DNA of 64,000 nucleotides, from the NCBI RefSeq assembly GCF_018350175.1, contig NC_058383.1, positions 12,278,001 to 12,342,000 on the forward strand, read 5' to 3'. The position numbers and the translations under genes are program-made. Positions 1 through 12,444 of this stretch are shown here, in pieces; the stretch's first letter is position 1, and every line of letters begins with the position of its first letter. Source of the DNA: Felis catus (Eukaryota). The notes beneath the pieces are model-generated. The model searched no databases and was not told the DNA's origin. It saw only the letters and a list, made by a program, of their open reading frames with translations.

Positions 1-289
1 AATTTCCAGAATCGGAGCCCAAGCGAGGGAAGGTACCCCTGTCCAGAGAGGGCCGCCCACCCCATGACAGGGGTGGCCAGCACAGACAGACGTCGGGACC
101 AACTGGGGCACGGCCTGAGGGAGAGATACCGGCTGAGGGTCAGCCTGCGAGAAAGGCATTTGTGCCCACACGTCCCATCCCCCAGCCGGAACAAACCGCC
201 AGCTTGTCCCCCAAACGCACTGGCGACTTCTGTTTCTTCTGCATGGGACGCCTCTGTCCTCTCCCGCCCTGCCCACCCAGAAAGCTGCT

Positions 290-520
290 ACTCTTCACGT
301 TAAGACAAGCTCATAGATTTTCTCTCTCGTGAGACTTTCTTGGATCTCCAAGCAGAAGTAATCATTTCCCTGTGTGCGATTCCGTGACACTTCATCCATA
401 CTTTATCGATGGCATGAAGGATATTGTCTTAGAGATAATTATCTCTGTGTCTGTGTCTTCCATCGGACTTAGAGCTCTTTAAGGTTAAAGGCATGGTTTC
501 GTTGCTTTTGCGTCTCCAAT
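290..520 (+). mobile_element. Degenerate L2 LINE fragment
   Basis: Resembles the recalled L2 3' region (ctactcttcacgttaagacaagctca ... cttccatcggacttagagctctttaagg); highly diverged. Confidence 0.45.
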
Positions 521-697
521 TTTAAATGCCAAGTCTTTGCGTGACAACCTGGAACCTTCTGCTCTTTCCCTCTCCTCACTCCCACTAGCCTCTAAGCTCT
601 GTGTGGAGGCAGCAGCTGTGTGTGGTTGGCTGCCTATCCCCAGAACCCAGATTAGCCCATGGCATTTACTTTCTGAGCAACTGGACTGAATAGCGGA

Positions 698-882
698 ATG
701 GATGGATGGCCAGACAGAGATAGGGAGGGATGGGTGGATGAATGAATGTTTAAATGGATGGATGGTTGGATGGATGGAGGAAGGAAGGATGGATGGATGG
801 ATGAGTGGAGGGCTGGATGGATGGAGGGAGAAATGGATGGATGGATGGATGGATGGATCGATCAATCACTCAGTCAACTGAG

Positions 883-917
<35 letters not shown>

Positions 918-1490
918 CGGATGGATGGATGGATGGATGGATGGATGGATACATGGATGGATGGATGGATGGGTGGATGGATGGATGGATGGATGAGTGG
1001 AGTGCTGGATGGATGGATGGATGAGTGGAGCACTGGATGGATGGATAGAGGGAGAAATGGATGGATGGATGGATGGATGGATGGATGGATAGATGGATGC
1101 ATGGATAGAGGAAGAAATGGATGGATGGATGGATGGATGGATGGAGAAATAGATGGATAGATGGATGGATGGATCGATCGATCGATCAGTCACTCAGTCC
1201 ACTGAGAGATAGATAGATAGATAGATAGATAGATGGATACATGGATAGATGGATGGATGGATGGATGCATGGATAGAGGGAGAAATGGATGCATGGATGG
1301 ATGGATGGATGGAGAGCTGGATGGATGGATAGAGGGAGAAATGGATGGATGGATGGATGGATGGATGGATGGATAGATGGATGCATGGATAGAGGAAGAA
1401 ATGGATGGATGGATGGATGGATGGATGGATGGAGAAATAGATGGATAGATGGATGGATGGATCGATCGATCGGTCACTCAGTCCACTGAG

Positions 1491-1529
<39 letters not shown>

Positions 1530-1765
1530 CGGATGGATGGATACATGGATAGATGGATGGATGGATGGATGCATGGATAGAGGGAGAAATGGATGCATGG
1601 ATGGATGGATGGATGAGTGCTGGATGGATGGATAGAGGGAGAAATGGATGGATGGATGCATGGATGCATGGATGCGTGGATAGATGCATGGATAGAGGAA
1701 GAAATGGATGCATGGATGGATGGATGGATGGATGGATGGATGGATCAATCACCCAGTCAACTGAG

Positions 1766-1800
<35 letters not shown>

Positions 1801-2065
1801 CAGATAGATGGATGGATGGATAGATACATGGATGGATGGATGGATGGATGGATGCATGAATGCATGGATAGAGGGAGAAATGGATGCATGGATGGATGGA
1901 TGGATGGATAGATGCATGGATGGAGAAATGGATGGATGGATGGATGGATGGATGGATAGAGGAAGAAATGGATGGATGGATGGGCAGATGGATGAGTGGA
2001 GGGCTTCTGGATGCATGGATAGAGGGATGAATGGATGGACAGATGGATGGATGATTGGATGGATA
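698..2065. repeat. Compound (GGAT)n/(GATA)n microsatellite with higher-order ~275-325 bp periodicity
   Basis: GGAT and GATA runs; marker tcac(t/c)cagtc(a/c)actgagagatag recurs at 866, 1190, 1474 and 1749. Confidence 0.97.
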
Positions 2066-2406
2066 AAGGAAGCATTACAAAAATAACACCAAAGTGAGAG
2101 AGGATAAACTCACTACCCACATTGGGACAAAGGACGAAGTCTCGAGAAAGTCTCGTGGCAGAGGTGCTCTCTAAAGTGAACCTTTACAGCAAAGGAGAAT
2201 TTCAGCAGCTAGAGATGAAGGGCCTTGCACTCAGGAAACACAGTCAGGAAAGATGGCAACAGGAGCATATGGAGCAGCAAGGATCCCTCAGCCCCCGCAA
2301 CTGAAATATAGAACGTGTGTGTGACATCACAGAGAACATAAGCTGGGGACAGGTCTCCAGTGCTTGTCACGCGGGATCTCAAACGTCTCTTAAGAAAATT
2401 GGAAGA

Positions 2407-2616
2407 GGGGCCTTGGCGGCTCAGTGGGTTAAGCGTCCCACTTCGGCTCAGGCCATGATCTCACAGTTCGCGAGTTCGAGCCCCGCGTCAGCCTCTGCTG
2501 TCACCGCGGTGCCTGCCTGCTTGGGATTCTCTCTCCCTCTCTCTCCGCCCCTCCCCCACTTACGTGCACTCTCTCAAAATAAATGAATAAACTTTAAAAA
2601 AAAAGAAAGAAAGAAA
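2407..2616 (+). mobile_element. CAN-SINE
   Basis: ggggccttggcggctcagtgggttaagcg head, B-box gttcgagcc, (CT)n, AATAAA, A tail. Confidence 0.93.
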
Positions 2617-2659
2617 CCACCAGGAGCTACCCAAAGGGCTTCATTTCTTTGTTTTGTTT

Positions 2660-3360
2660 TAGCAGAGGCGCCCGGACAAGGCGTTGTGCTCTGAGGTTAA
2701 GGGGTTAAGTCTTCCGTGAAAACAACGCGCTGGCAGCACTATGGCTGGAATTAATCCGCAATCGGCCACGGCCACTGGCGATTTACCAAACCACCGGGTG
2801 GGTAGGAGGTGAAAAGTACGCAGCTCTGAGGCTGAGTTGAGAAAGTGACGTTTGGACCCCGGGGCACCGCCAGCCAGTCTGCGGGCAGGCAGGTGACAAA
2901 CGACAAGGGCAGGAAGGGTGGGGGGGGGGACGGGGGAAGGGGGCGGGAGGGGAGGGGCAGCCAAGGTCACCTGGGCTTCACCTGCAGGGCGGCTCGCGGA
3001 GCCCTGACCTATAAGCTCTGGCAGAGCACGGCCGAGGCCCGTCACGTGCGCGGACCCAATGTGGGTCGTGTCGTTTGGATACACGCAATCTAGGCCACGG
3101 CGTACGTCAGGGGCGCTTGTAATCGCAGCCCCTGGGGGATGCGTCCGCGTCTGAAATCCCGCTCTTGGGCCTCACCCGCACATGCGCACACGCACCCGGC
3201 TGTCCCTTCTCCTTGCAACGTCCCTTAGGCACCGCGTCTGCGTCAGGGGGCGCCTGCTCCTTTCTGGGGAAGGAGGGACCCCCAAAGCAAGGAGGCCTTT
3301 CCAGAACGGAGCCAGCCCAGGCCCCACCGATGCACCCCGTCTCACCCCTGGGACCCCTCC
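2660..3360. promoter_or_regulatory. CpG/GC-rich non-repeat segment (candidate orphan CpG island) with G-tract cluster at ~2917-2960
   Basis: Visibly dense CpG (ggccacggcgtacgtc, cacgtgcgcgg); no exon seen; obs/exp CpG not computed. Confidence 0.4.
3240..3253 (+). promoter_or_regulatory. CTCF-like motif
   Basis: gcgtcagggggcgc vs core CCASYAGRKGGCRS; motif match only. Confidence 0.3.
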
Positions 3361-3672
3361 TATGCTCTCCTTGACCCCGCGGACCCCCTCCTCTTGGAGG
3401 CCACACTACTGCACCAAGGGAAGAAGGCTGGGGTTGTCCGTCCTTCAGGTGACAGACGAGGTGGCAAAGGGGAGCTTCCAGAGGAGAGGAGGGCAGAGCC
3501 CCTCCCCTCCTCCCCCTACCCCCCCCACCCCAGCCTGCAGGCTGAACACAGGTCTCTTCTGCTCTGATTTGCCTGCCTCCCCCCACCCTGCCCCGTCCAC
3601 CCCCCTCCTCGCAAGGGCTGAGCCCTGCTCTCTCCCCAAGCATCAGTTAGAGAAGGGGTGCAGACAGACCGC

Positions 3673-3899
3673 TTTCTTTTTAACATGTATTTATTTATGT
3701 ATTTTGAGAGACGGGGAGAGAGAGCGCGCGAGCACAAGCAGGGGAGGGGCAGAGAGGGGGAAAGAGAGAATCCCAAGCGAGCTTTGTGCTGCCAGCGTGA
3801 AGCCCCACGTGGGGCTCGAACCCGCGAGCAGCGAGACCACGACCTGAGCTGCGATCAAGAGTCCGACGCGCAACCCACAGGGCCACCCAGGCGGCCCCC
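3673..3899 (-). mobile_element. CAN-SINE
   Basis: T tail, (GA)n, ggctcgaac, ends ccacccaggcggcccc; degenerate TSD cagacagaccgcttt/cagccagacggcttt. Confidence 0.93.
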
Positions 3900-4664
3900 A
3901 GCCAGACGGCTTTGTCTGCCGCCTCTCGCAGCCCGGTCTGCAGCGCTCTTCCCTCCACGGTGCCCACAAAAGAAAATGAGGAGGCAGCGTTATTGCCACG
4001 ATTCTAATTACCGTATGCTAATTGGCCCCCCTTCAGGCTTCCGGGAGGGTGCCACTTCCCCGGGATGAAATGACAGAAGCCCTCGCACTTGCCTTGCTCC
4101 ACTTCGTCTTCCACTGCTGGCAGAACGTTCCGTACCCGGAAGCAGCCTGCACAGATACCCCGGGCGGGGAGGAACCCCCAAGATCCTGCCCGTGGGTGGC
4201 CTGGTCCACGTTCCATCAGACCCAGACGGACGTCCTTGACCCGAGTCCCTGTATACTGGGGATTTTAGGGTCCCTGAATGCGCCGGGGCCCCTAGAGCGT
4301 GCAGAATTTCTTACAGGCACGTGTATGCATTTATGGGGGGGGGGGGGGGGGGGAGGGGAGGGTTCAAAGCTTTTCTTGATTTTTCAAAGAAACCCAGGTA
4401 TCTTTTTTTTTTTTTTAAGGTGAAAACCATTGTCCTAGAGGGGAAAGCACCTAATTTGTCAAGAATTTATTTTATTCTCTGCAGACCCTTGGGAAAAGCA
4501 ATATAATAGCGAGAAAAAAAAAAAAAGGCAAGAAAAAAGAGGGAGGATTCGACTGAGATTGAAATTAGAACAGCGTCAGCAATCAAGGGATCAAAATTAA
4601 TTCGGTTCAACCCGTTTAACTCTTGCCAGGTTTGGTACCTCTTGGTTCAAACTCTAAGCAATTG

Positions 4665-4707
4665 TTTTTAACGTTTATGGGGGGGGGGGGGCGGCGGGGC
4701 GGAGCAG

Positions 4708-4746
<39 letters not shown>

Positions 4747-4879
4747 CAGAAGCAGAAACAGGCTCCAGGCTCTGAGATGTCAGCTCAGAGCCGGTCGCGG
4801 GGCTCCAACCACAAGATCCCGAGATCATGACCTGAGTTGAAGCCGGAGGCTTAACCAGTGGAGCCACCCAGGCGCCCCC
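4665..4879 (-). mobile_element. CAN-SINE
   Basis: Ends gagccacccaggcgcccc; TSD agcaattg. Confidence 0.93.
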
Positions 4880-5381
4880 AGCAATTGAAACCAAAAAAAC
4901 AAAAACAAAAACCCAACAACCACGAAATCTTTAATTTCTTGCCTGGGCCTCTGCAGCGCTCTCCTGCTTGGTCTGCCTGTATGCTCGCTTTTTATCTCTT
5001 TTTTTTTTAGTTTCCCAGCCCAGAGAGAAGTTGAAAGAAGTGCACAGGGAACGGCCACCTACCCACCACACCCGGATTTGACCATGAACTTCGTACTGTA
5101 CCTGTTGTCCCACATGGCCACCCTTCTCTCCAGCCTCTTCTTTGTCGCTGATGTGGATCTGGGCATCGTGTTTCCTTCCCGCCTCCTTCCATTTTATTCA
5201 CTCAGAAGGCAGCGATCCTTTGGAAACACAGATCTGATTATACCGCCAACTGGCACCTCTCCTGTGTCCTCAGATGTGGCCCAAAGAGGCTTCGCGGGGC
5301 TCCAACTGGAAATACACCTGCTACAATGATATAGACAATGAAACTCAACTGTGTGCACAGGGTTGAAAAAAAAAACTGCTA

Positions 5382-5600
5382 GGGGCGCCTGGGTGGTTCA
5401 GTCGGCTAAGCGACCAACTTCGGCTCAGGTTATGATCCCACGGTCCATGGGTTCGAGCCCCGCGTCGGGCTCTGTGCTGACGGCTCGGAGCCTGGAGCCT
5501 GCTTCGGATTCTGTGTCTCCCTCTCTCTCTGCCCCTCCCCTGCTCATGCTCTGTCTCTGTCTCTCTCTCTCAAAAATAAATAAACATTAAACAAATTTTT
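5382..5600 (+). mobile_element. CAN-SINE
   Basis: ggggcgcctgggtggttcagtcgg head to aaaataaataaacattaa. Confidence 0.95.
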
Positions 5601-6550
5601 GAATGTTAAATACACAGTACATACGAATGTTACGTACGCCGCAAATAAAGAACCTTTTCAATTAAAACTCCCACTGCTGAAAAGTTAACATTTCTGCTTG
5701 GATCGGAGTTCCCCTGTTGCGTTGCCGACAAAATACGAAAATCCTTCGTGGCCGCCAGAATTCCAGATGCTTCCGATTTGATGAGGGAAATAAAAATAGC
5801 CCGTGTCTCGCCGGTTGTTTTTAATAGATGTTGAGTTTTCCAAGCAGTCGTCCTGCCGAAGCAGAGCGCATCGGGGAACAACACGATGCGTGACTCCGAT
5901 GTCGTTATCAAATTCAGACCAGAATAGGCGTCTGCCCCGGAGGCGTCAGTATGAGGGTCAGAGATTTGCATCTTACAGACAGTGTATTTCCAGGCCCATG
6001 CAGGCGCTGAGGATGTGCGGTGATACAACTTGCGATTAGAGATATATTAATAGATAAGAGCATCTTGCGGGACTTTGTTGGCGTAGCATTTTTTTATTGT
6101 TATTACTGAGAGAACGGGGCGGGGGGAGTCTCTCCAACAGACACTCCGTTGTGTTGCTGCAAAAACACTTTCTGCCTCTGTTCCTCGAGCTTCTCTGTGG
6201 GCTGGATGCCTGGCCAGGGCACTGGGGGCGCCCGTCCACACCCCCCAGGCACACAGAAGAGAGGACGATTGTGCCCACAGCCGTGGATAAGATCGATGGC
6301 AAATGAATCTGACCGGGAGGAGCAGGGAGTAAATCCACCGGTGGTGGTGTTGGGCCGGTGATCGGCCCTGACTCGCCGTGGGGGTCAGACCCTGGGGCAC
6401 CCACCGGTCCACAGTCTATGCAGCTGCTTGCGAAGAACCCAGGCCTGCCTCCAAGTGTTCTGGGCAGAATGAAAACGTGTGTATGCCACGGGGGGCCAGT
6501 TCTATCCCCATGATCATCCACTCTTCCTTTCTTGTTGCTAGAGCTCCAAT

Positions 6551-6770
6551 TTTATTTTATTTTTTTAAAATGTGTATTTATTTATTTTTGAGAGAGAGAG
6601 AACACAAGTGAGGGAGCGGCAGAGAGAGAGAGGGAGACACAGAATCCGAAGTAGACTCCAGGCTCTGAGCTGTCAGCACAGAGCCCGACCTGGGGCTTGA
6701 ACCCACGAACTGTGAGATCGTGACCTGAGCCAATGTCGGACGCTAACCGACTGAGACACCCAGGCGCCCC
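6551..6770 (-). mobile_element. CAN-SINE
   Basis: Full length; TSD tagagctccaa. Confidence 0.95.
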
Positions 6771-7078
6771 TAGAGCTCCAAACGGGGTGGCACGTCAGCT
6801 CCAAGAGCTGGATTGTGATTGGCCGAGGCCCGTGAATGTTATCCTGGTCTTTTCTGCCGGTTCCACGGTTTCCAAGGGTCCCTTGTGCTGGGAGTCATCT
6901 GGAGGCCCTGTATGGGCAATAACACCAGAGAGAAGTGCATACGGGAGGCTCCCAGGAAGGATTATTCTCCGGGATAAAACGGGACTGCTTTTCCACCTGT
7001 CCCTCTGTCCTGCCCTGATCCCAGTGGGTGCGGACCTGGTGCTGCACAGCATCGCCTCTTAAGATCACAAACAGACCA

Positions 7079-7303
7079 GGGCGCCTGGGTGGCGCAGTCG
7101 GTTAAGCGTCCGACTTCAGCCAGGTCACGATCTCGCGGTCCGTGAGTTCGACCCCCGCGTCAGGCTCTGGGCTGACGGCTCGGAGCCTAGAGCCGGCTTC
7201 CGATTCTGTGTCTCCCTCTCTCTCTGCCCCTGTCCGGCTTGTGCTCTGTCTTTCTCTTTCTCAAAAACAAATAAACATGAAACAATTCAAAGAAACAAAC
7301 CAA
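7079..7303 (+). mobile_element. CAN-SINE, young felid subfamily
   Basis: Diagnostic ggcgcagtcggttaagcgtccgacttcagccagg; TSD aagatcacaaac(a/g)gac. Confidence 0.95.
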
Positions 7304-7549
7304 AAGATCACAAACGGACTGCCCAAGAGCGAGCAGTGGTCATGCTGAGGGTGGTGTGGCAAAAGGGTGGAAAGGGTCAGAGTCCTTGACGGGACGGAGC
7401 AGCCACCCCAACCCCGGAACTGGCACCTCCTTGTTCCGAGAGAAAATTGAATGTACGTACAGCCGGATCTACTCCTGCCCGGGGTTTGTCAATTGCAGCC
7501 CAGAGATCAGAGGCTCAGACACATGACGGCACAAAGAGCTTCCGTCCCA

Positions 7550-7890
7550 TTGGGAAATAGAGTCTTTCCTCTGGGCACACGGAAGGATTACTCTTCCTGC
7601 CGCCTTGGAGTTAGCGAGGGTCATGTGACTGCGCTGCCCAATTAGAGAATGTGGTTCAGAGCCCAAGCACTGAACTGCAGGCCTGAGATTCTCCGTGTTC
7701 TTTTTTGCTGCAGTGGCATCCGAGGGGGGGCCCCCTGTTCCAGCATCTGCCCGGATCACCAGGTGACGGTGGGGCAGAACCCTTTGCCGATGTATGGGAG
7801 CATGAGTTAGAAACCAAATTTTTGTCAGATGAGGCCAATGGGATTTGGGGGTAGTTTGTTACGTTGGCGTATCCTAGCTATGCTGAAAAA
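7550..7890 (+). mobile_element. Old MaLR/ERVL-type LTR relic (MLT1-like)
   Basis: ctgggcacacggaaggattac...ggtcatgtgact... ending gatttgggggtagtttgttac...ctagctatgctga. Confidence 0.5.
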
Positions 7891-7910
7891 TGAATATAGT
7901 TTCCGTTTTA

Positions 7911-8131
7911 CTTTTATTATTTTTTTTAGTTTATTTATCTATTTTGAGAGAGAGAGAGAGAGAGACCACAAACAGAGGAGGGGCAGAGAGAAGGCGAGAC
8001 AGAATGGCAAGCAGGCTCCTCACCGTTAGCGCAGAGCCTGATGCAGGGGTTAAACTCACAACCCGCAAAATCGTGACCGGAGCTGAAATCAAGAGCCGGA
8101 CGCTCAACCGACGGAGCCACCCAGGTGCCCC
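7911..8131 (-). mobile_element. CAN-SINE
   Basis: Full length; TSD ttttactttt. Confidence 0.93.
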
Positions 8132-8433
8132 TCAATTTTACTTTTAAAGAATCAGTCTGATGTGAGTTACACACATCTCGCTACGCAGTGATCAGGCTGT
8201 GACAGATCCGTTGAGTCCATCGATCAGGCCACTCAACGCTCATCGCGTCTTTCTTCATCGTCAGCAGAGCTTAAGTATTCTTCAGGGTCGCCGTCTTTCC
8301 AAAGCCAGGGGATGTCTAACACCAGAGGTAATCGACCTCACAGCACGGCTGTCTCAAGACGCTCACTTCCCCAGATTCTCCTGTAGCTCTTTTGGCTAAC
8401 AAAAAATAATGGAAAATCTGCACGTAAGAGGCA

Positions 8434-9110
8434 CGTATTAGTTTGCGAGAGCTGCTATAACAGAGAAATTTATTGTCTCACAGTTCTGGAGGCTCGAAGT
8501 CCAAAATAAAGGTGTCAGCAGGGCTGTGAGGGAAGTATCTGTCCCAGGTCTTCCTTCTTGGCTTGTAGAAGACCATCTTCTCTGTGTGCTCACGCCGTCT
8601 TCCCTGGGTGGGTGTCTCTGTGTTCAAATCTCCTCTTTTTTATAAGGACACCACAGTCCTATCAGATTAGGTTCCACCCTAATTTTTTTTTTAAAAGGCA
8701 ATGGCTCTTGGAACATTACCTCTTTTTTTTTTTTTTTTTCAACGTTTATTTATTTTTGGGACAGAGAGAGACAGAGCATGAACGGGGGAGGGGCAGAGAG
8801 AGAGGGAGACACAGAATCGGAAGCAGGCTCCAGGCTCCGAGCCATCAGCCCAGAGCCTGACGCGGGGCTCGAACTCACGGACCGCGAGATCGTGACCTGG
8901 CTGAAGTCGGACGCTTAACCGACTGCGCCACCCAGGCGCCCCTAGGTTCCACCCTAATTTTTATTTTAACTTGATTTTAACGGGATTACTACTTCATTTT
9001 AACTTGGTTACCTCTGCAACAACCCTATCTCCAAATGAGGTCACATTCTGAGGTCCTTTGGGTTAAGGTTCCAACTTTATTTTTTTTCTTTCAGGGATAC
9101 AATTCAACCC
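8434..9110 (-). mobile_element. MaLR LTR (MLT1A/B/C-like) interrupted by a SINE
   Basis: gtattagtttgc...gaaatttattgtctcacagttctggaggct...aaggtgtcagcagggc...ccctatctccaaatgaggtcacattctgaggt...caattcaaccc. Confidence 0.85.
8683..8942 (-). mobile_element. Young felid CAN-SINE with 30-bp 3' transduction
   Basis: TSD taggttccaccctaa at 8668-8682 and 8943-8957 encloses T10 + 30 bp unique + T17 + SINE body. Confidence 0.93.
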
Positions 9111-9149
9111 TGGTTTTGTTCTGTCTTTTGGTTTTGGCTTTATCTTATA

Positions 9150-9400
9150 TTACCCACCCTCTTCATTTGTGTTTGGAATGCTGGTGTTCAGCCAAACTGT
9201 ATGGAGCTAAGGCAGCCATCCTGTGGTCATGAGGGAGAAGACCAAAACTCATAGAGATGCCCCAAGAGTAACGGGCAACAATCTGGAAACGCCAACCTTC
9301 AAACTTCTTGTTAAGTAAACAATAATTGTTCTTCTAGTTAAAGCCACTATCAGACAAAGCCTCTATTAGCTGCAGCTACATTTGAATTTCTACCGAAATT
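9150..9400 (+). mobile_element. Old ERVL/MaLR LTR relic (LTR16/LTR33-like)
   Basis: ggagctaaggcagccatcctgtggtcatgaggg...cttcttgttaagtaaacaataa...aagccact. Confidence 0.5.
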
Positions 9401-9900
9401 AAAGACCAGATATCCTAAGACTATCACCTCTGTCTCCAGTTTCACAGATAATAACAGAGAAGTCATTAAATACGACAGCTTCAACATTTGGTAAACAAAA
9501 CCCATCTGATGGCCTTTGATGGGTTTATACTGTAGATAGAGAGTTAAATGAAATAAGGTCCAGCCTTTTTGAAAAATTAAAAAAAAAAACTCAACAAAAC
9601 GTTATTTATTTATTTATTTCACAGGTAAATATTGAGTATCTCTAACTTGTCAGCACTGTGGTTAAGTCTAGAAATTGTGTTTAAAAGCAGACGTGGTCCC
9701 TGCCCTCTTTAAACTTCTAGTCCCGTAGGAAAGTTACCCAAATAAGCACACAAGTAACTACCAGACTGGGAAGTGAAAAATTAAATTTGACCCAATTATT
9801 TAAACACATAAGGAGCTGACAAAGTGCACTCAGTGTTGAACAGGGAGCTTTCCGTCGAACTCCCATCGGTATGTTTGCGAAGACAGAGTCTCGGGGATTC

Positions 9901-10128
9901 TTTAGTTTTCGTTTTCGTTTTCATGTTTTTAATGTTTATTTATTTCTGAGAAAGAGAGAGAGAGCACAAGTGGGGAGGGGCAGAGAGAGCGGGAGACACA
10001 GAATCCGAAGCAGGATCCAGGCTCCGAGCTGTTAGCACAGAGCCCGACACGGGGTTCGAACTCACAGACCACAAGATCGTGGCCTGAACCGAAGGCAGAC
10101 ATGTAACCCACTGAGCCACCCAGGCATC
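9901..10128 (-). mobile_element. CAN-SINE
   Basis: Full body, patterned (gttttc) tail; TSD gggattcttt. Confidence 0.93.
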
Positions 10129-10154
10129 AGGGATTCTTTTAAAGAAGAAGAGGG

Positions 10155-10362
10155 AGGAGCACCTGGGTGGCTCAGTCATGAAGCGTCCAACTCTTGGTTT
10201 TGGCTCAGGGTCACGATCTTGCAGTTCGTGGGACCGAGCCCCACGTTGGGCTCTGGGCTGACGGTATGGAACCTGCTTGAGGTTCTCTCTCACTCCCTCT
10301 CTGTCCCTTCCCTGCACACACTCTCTTCTCTCTCTCTCAAAATAAATAAATATTTTAAAAAC
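10155..10362 (+). mobile_element. CAN-SINE
   Basis: gcacctgggtggctcagtc head, (CT)n, aataaataaa. Confidence 0.92.
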
Positions 10363-11347
10363 TAAAAGAACAAAGAGGAAAAGGGGGTGTTCGTTATCAT
10401 TGTGTTCGTATAATTTATCAGCCAAATAAAGTATATTTGAGAGTTAATGGAGTCACCATGAATAATTGTCCCTGGAGGAAGGGGGCAGTCAAGTAGAGAT
10501 ACCAGAACATCTGGGCTGCCTGGCTATGCTGATTCGTCCAGTCTAAAAATCAGAATATTCAGAACACGAAGAAAGACGGAGAATCAGGAGTCAAAACTTT
10601 AACTTCACACAGCATATCTCATTTTGGGGGCTAAGAGAGACTGGGAAGTGACTGCTTTCATGCGGCTCAGATTTAGAATCATACATTGAAAGATTCGTTT
10701 TTATTTTCCCACAACGTAAGTATGTAGACAAAAAAAAAAAAAAAGCTACATTTCCGGTATCCTAGGAAGTTTGTTGGAAAGACAGGGAAACAACCCATCT
10801 GGACATAGCCTGATGTGCAGAAATCGAGCACCAAGAGACAGATTGATTAGTTCCATGCCAAGCTGGATGGAAACATCCTTCCCTGCTGTGACTTGTAAAA
10901 GAAATTGAAGGGCTGCTTCAGTATATTAAATGAGGCTAAAAACCTTGATCAATAATTTTCTTCACAAAAACCAGAAAGGACGAAAATGATCAGAGATTGG
11001 TTCTAAATCCTTAATGTCTAGTCCCAGCTAGCAGAAACACTTTGGAAGCGACATTTTGCAAGCGGCCAGTGCCTTGCTCCAAATTGTGAGAGGATTTTTT
11101 AAAAGTGTATCTATGTTTCATTACGTTCTTCCCTCGTTTCTAAAACTGAGACCTGTCAAGGATGTCTGAGATGTTGTGCAAAGGAACCCAGCTTCCTTTT
11201 CCAAATGGGTTTGGAACACTTTGATAGGACAGCAGAGTTTCATAAAAGAATCTTTTAAAGATACACTGGGTCAACATTGCAGGCTCTTTATTTACCTAAC
11301 TGTTCCGTTACGTTGAATACATCAGCACCCATATGGGTGACTTAAAT

Positions 11348-11554
11348 TATTTTTTATGTTTATTTATTTTTGAGAGAGACAGAGAGACAGAGACAGAGCA
11401 TGGGCAGGGGAGGGGCAGAGAGAGAGGGAGACACAGAATCTGAAGCAGGTTCCAGCCTCCGAGCTGTCAGCACAGAGCCCGACGCGGGGCTCGAACTCAC
11501 GAGCCGTGGGATCCAAAGCCGGACGCTCAACAGACCGAGGCCTCAGACGCCCCC
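11348..11554 (-). mobile_element. CAN-SINE
   Basis: acacagaatctgaagcagg...ggctcgaactc; diverged head. Confidence 0.92.
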
Positions 11555-12215
11555 ATATTTGTGAGGGTCCATGAATGCTTCCCCCCATCTCACACCTAAA
11601 GACTCTCTTCATCCTTCTCCTTCTAGATCCAAAGAGAGGCGGGTCCGACAAAGTCCACAACACTCTCTACTTTGCGTTCAAGCTTGAGTTCGTTCTAGGA
11701 CTGCTTCTTACCAGGCAAATCATCTAGGCAGATTATTTAATTTCCCCAGATCTCAATTTCTACATGGAAAATAGGAGTGATAAGAGCTACCTTGATACAA
11801 AGACAAGATGGCATAGAACAGGTGAAACACAGTTCCTGGCATTCAGTAAGTCTCACTAGAGACGACGGTTTAGTCCGTAGACCCCTGCCACCTTCCTTGC
11901 TCTCGCAATTTCAGTTGACATCTGGGAGGGGTAAAAGCCAGCCTTCGTTTCTGTTTCGCGAAAATCTCATTGACTATATAACGTAAGTGCTGTGTACAAC
12001 TTGCGCATTCTAGATGACGGACATTTAGAAAGAAAATGCACCTGTGTCACCATCAAGAAATTAACGTTTCTAGACTTCCAGAAGCCTCCCCCCCATCAAG
12101 CTATCTCCTCAAAGGTAACCAATGTATTGACTCCTATCACGACAGAGTCCATTTTGTCCTTTTCAGAACCTCATACAGCACCTACCCTTTTGTATGTAGC
12201 TTCTTGCCTTCAACG

Positions 12216-12317
12216 CACAGAGCCCTATGTGGAGCTCGATCCTATGAACCACGAGATCACGACCTGAGCTGAAATCAAGAGTCAGATGCCCAACCAACTA
12301 AGCCACCCAGGCGTCCT
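12216..12317 (-). mobile_element. Partial CAN-SINE (5' half only)
   Basis: cacagagccc...gagatcacgacctgagctgaaatcaagagtc...ccacccaggcgtcc; no CT region or tail. Confidence 0.85.
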
Positions 12318-12444
12318 GAGATTGACCAATTTTATTGATGTGGAACACCTCATTTTCATTCGTGGGAGTATTTTATCATATCTGTATATCATGACTGATT
12401 TTTCCACTCTTGATGAAGATTTAGGTTATTTCCAATTTTGGCTA

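Noticed and set aside
866..1770. Recurring palindromic marker with variable intervening DNA, superficially CRISPR-like
   Set aside because: Intervening DNA is ~300 bp of microsatellite, not unique spacers; mammalian context; no cas genes
485..2120. Many HPSI/MDGW-repeat ORFs
   Set aside because: Translations of (GGAT)n/(ATCC)n; open because the repeat lacks stop codons
3107..4423. Long overlapping ORFs in GC-rich DNA
   Set aside because: Open in several frames and strands, run through a SINE, and show no recognisable domain
5382..5470. tRNA-like A/B boxes at SINE heads
   Set aside because: tRNA-derived SINE promoters continuing into SINE bodies; no standalone tRNA gene
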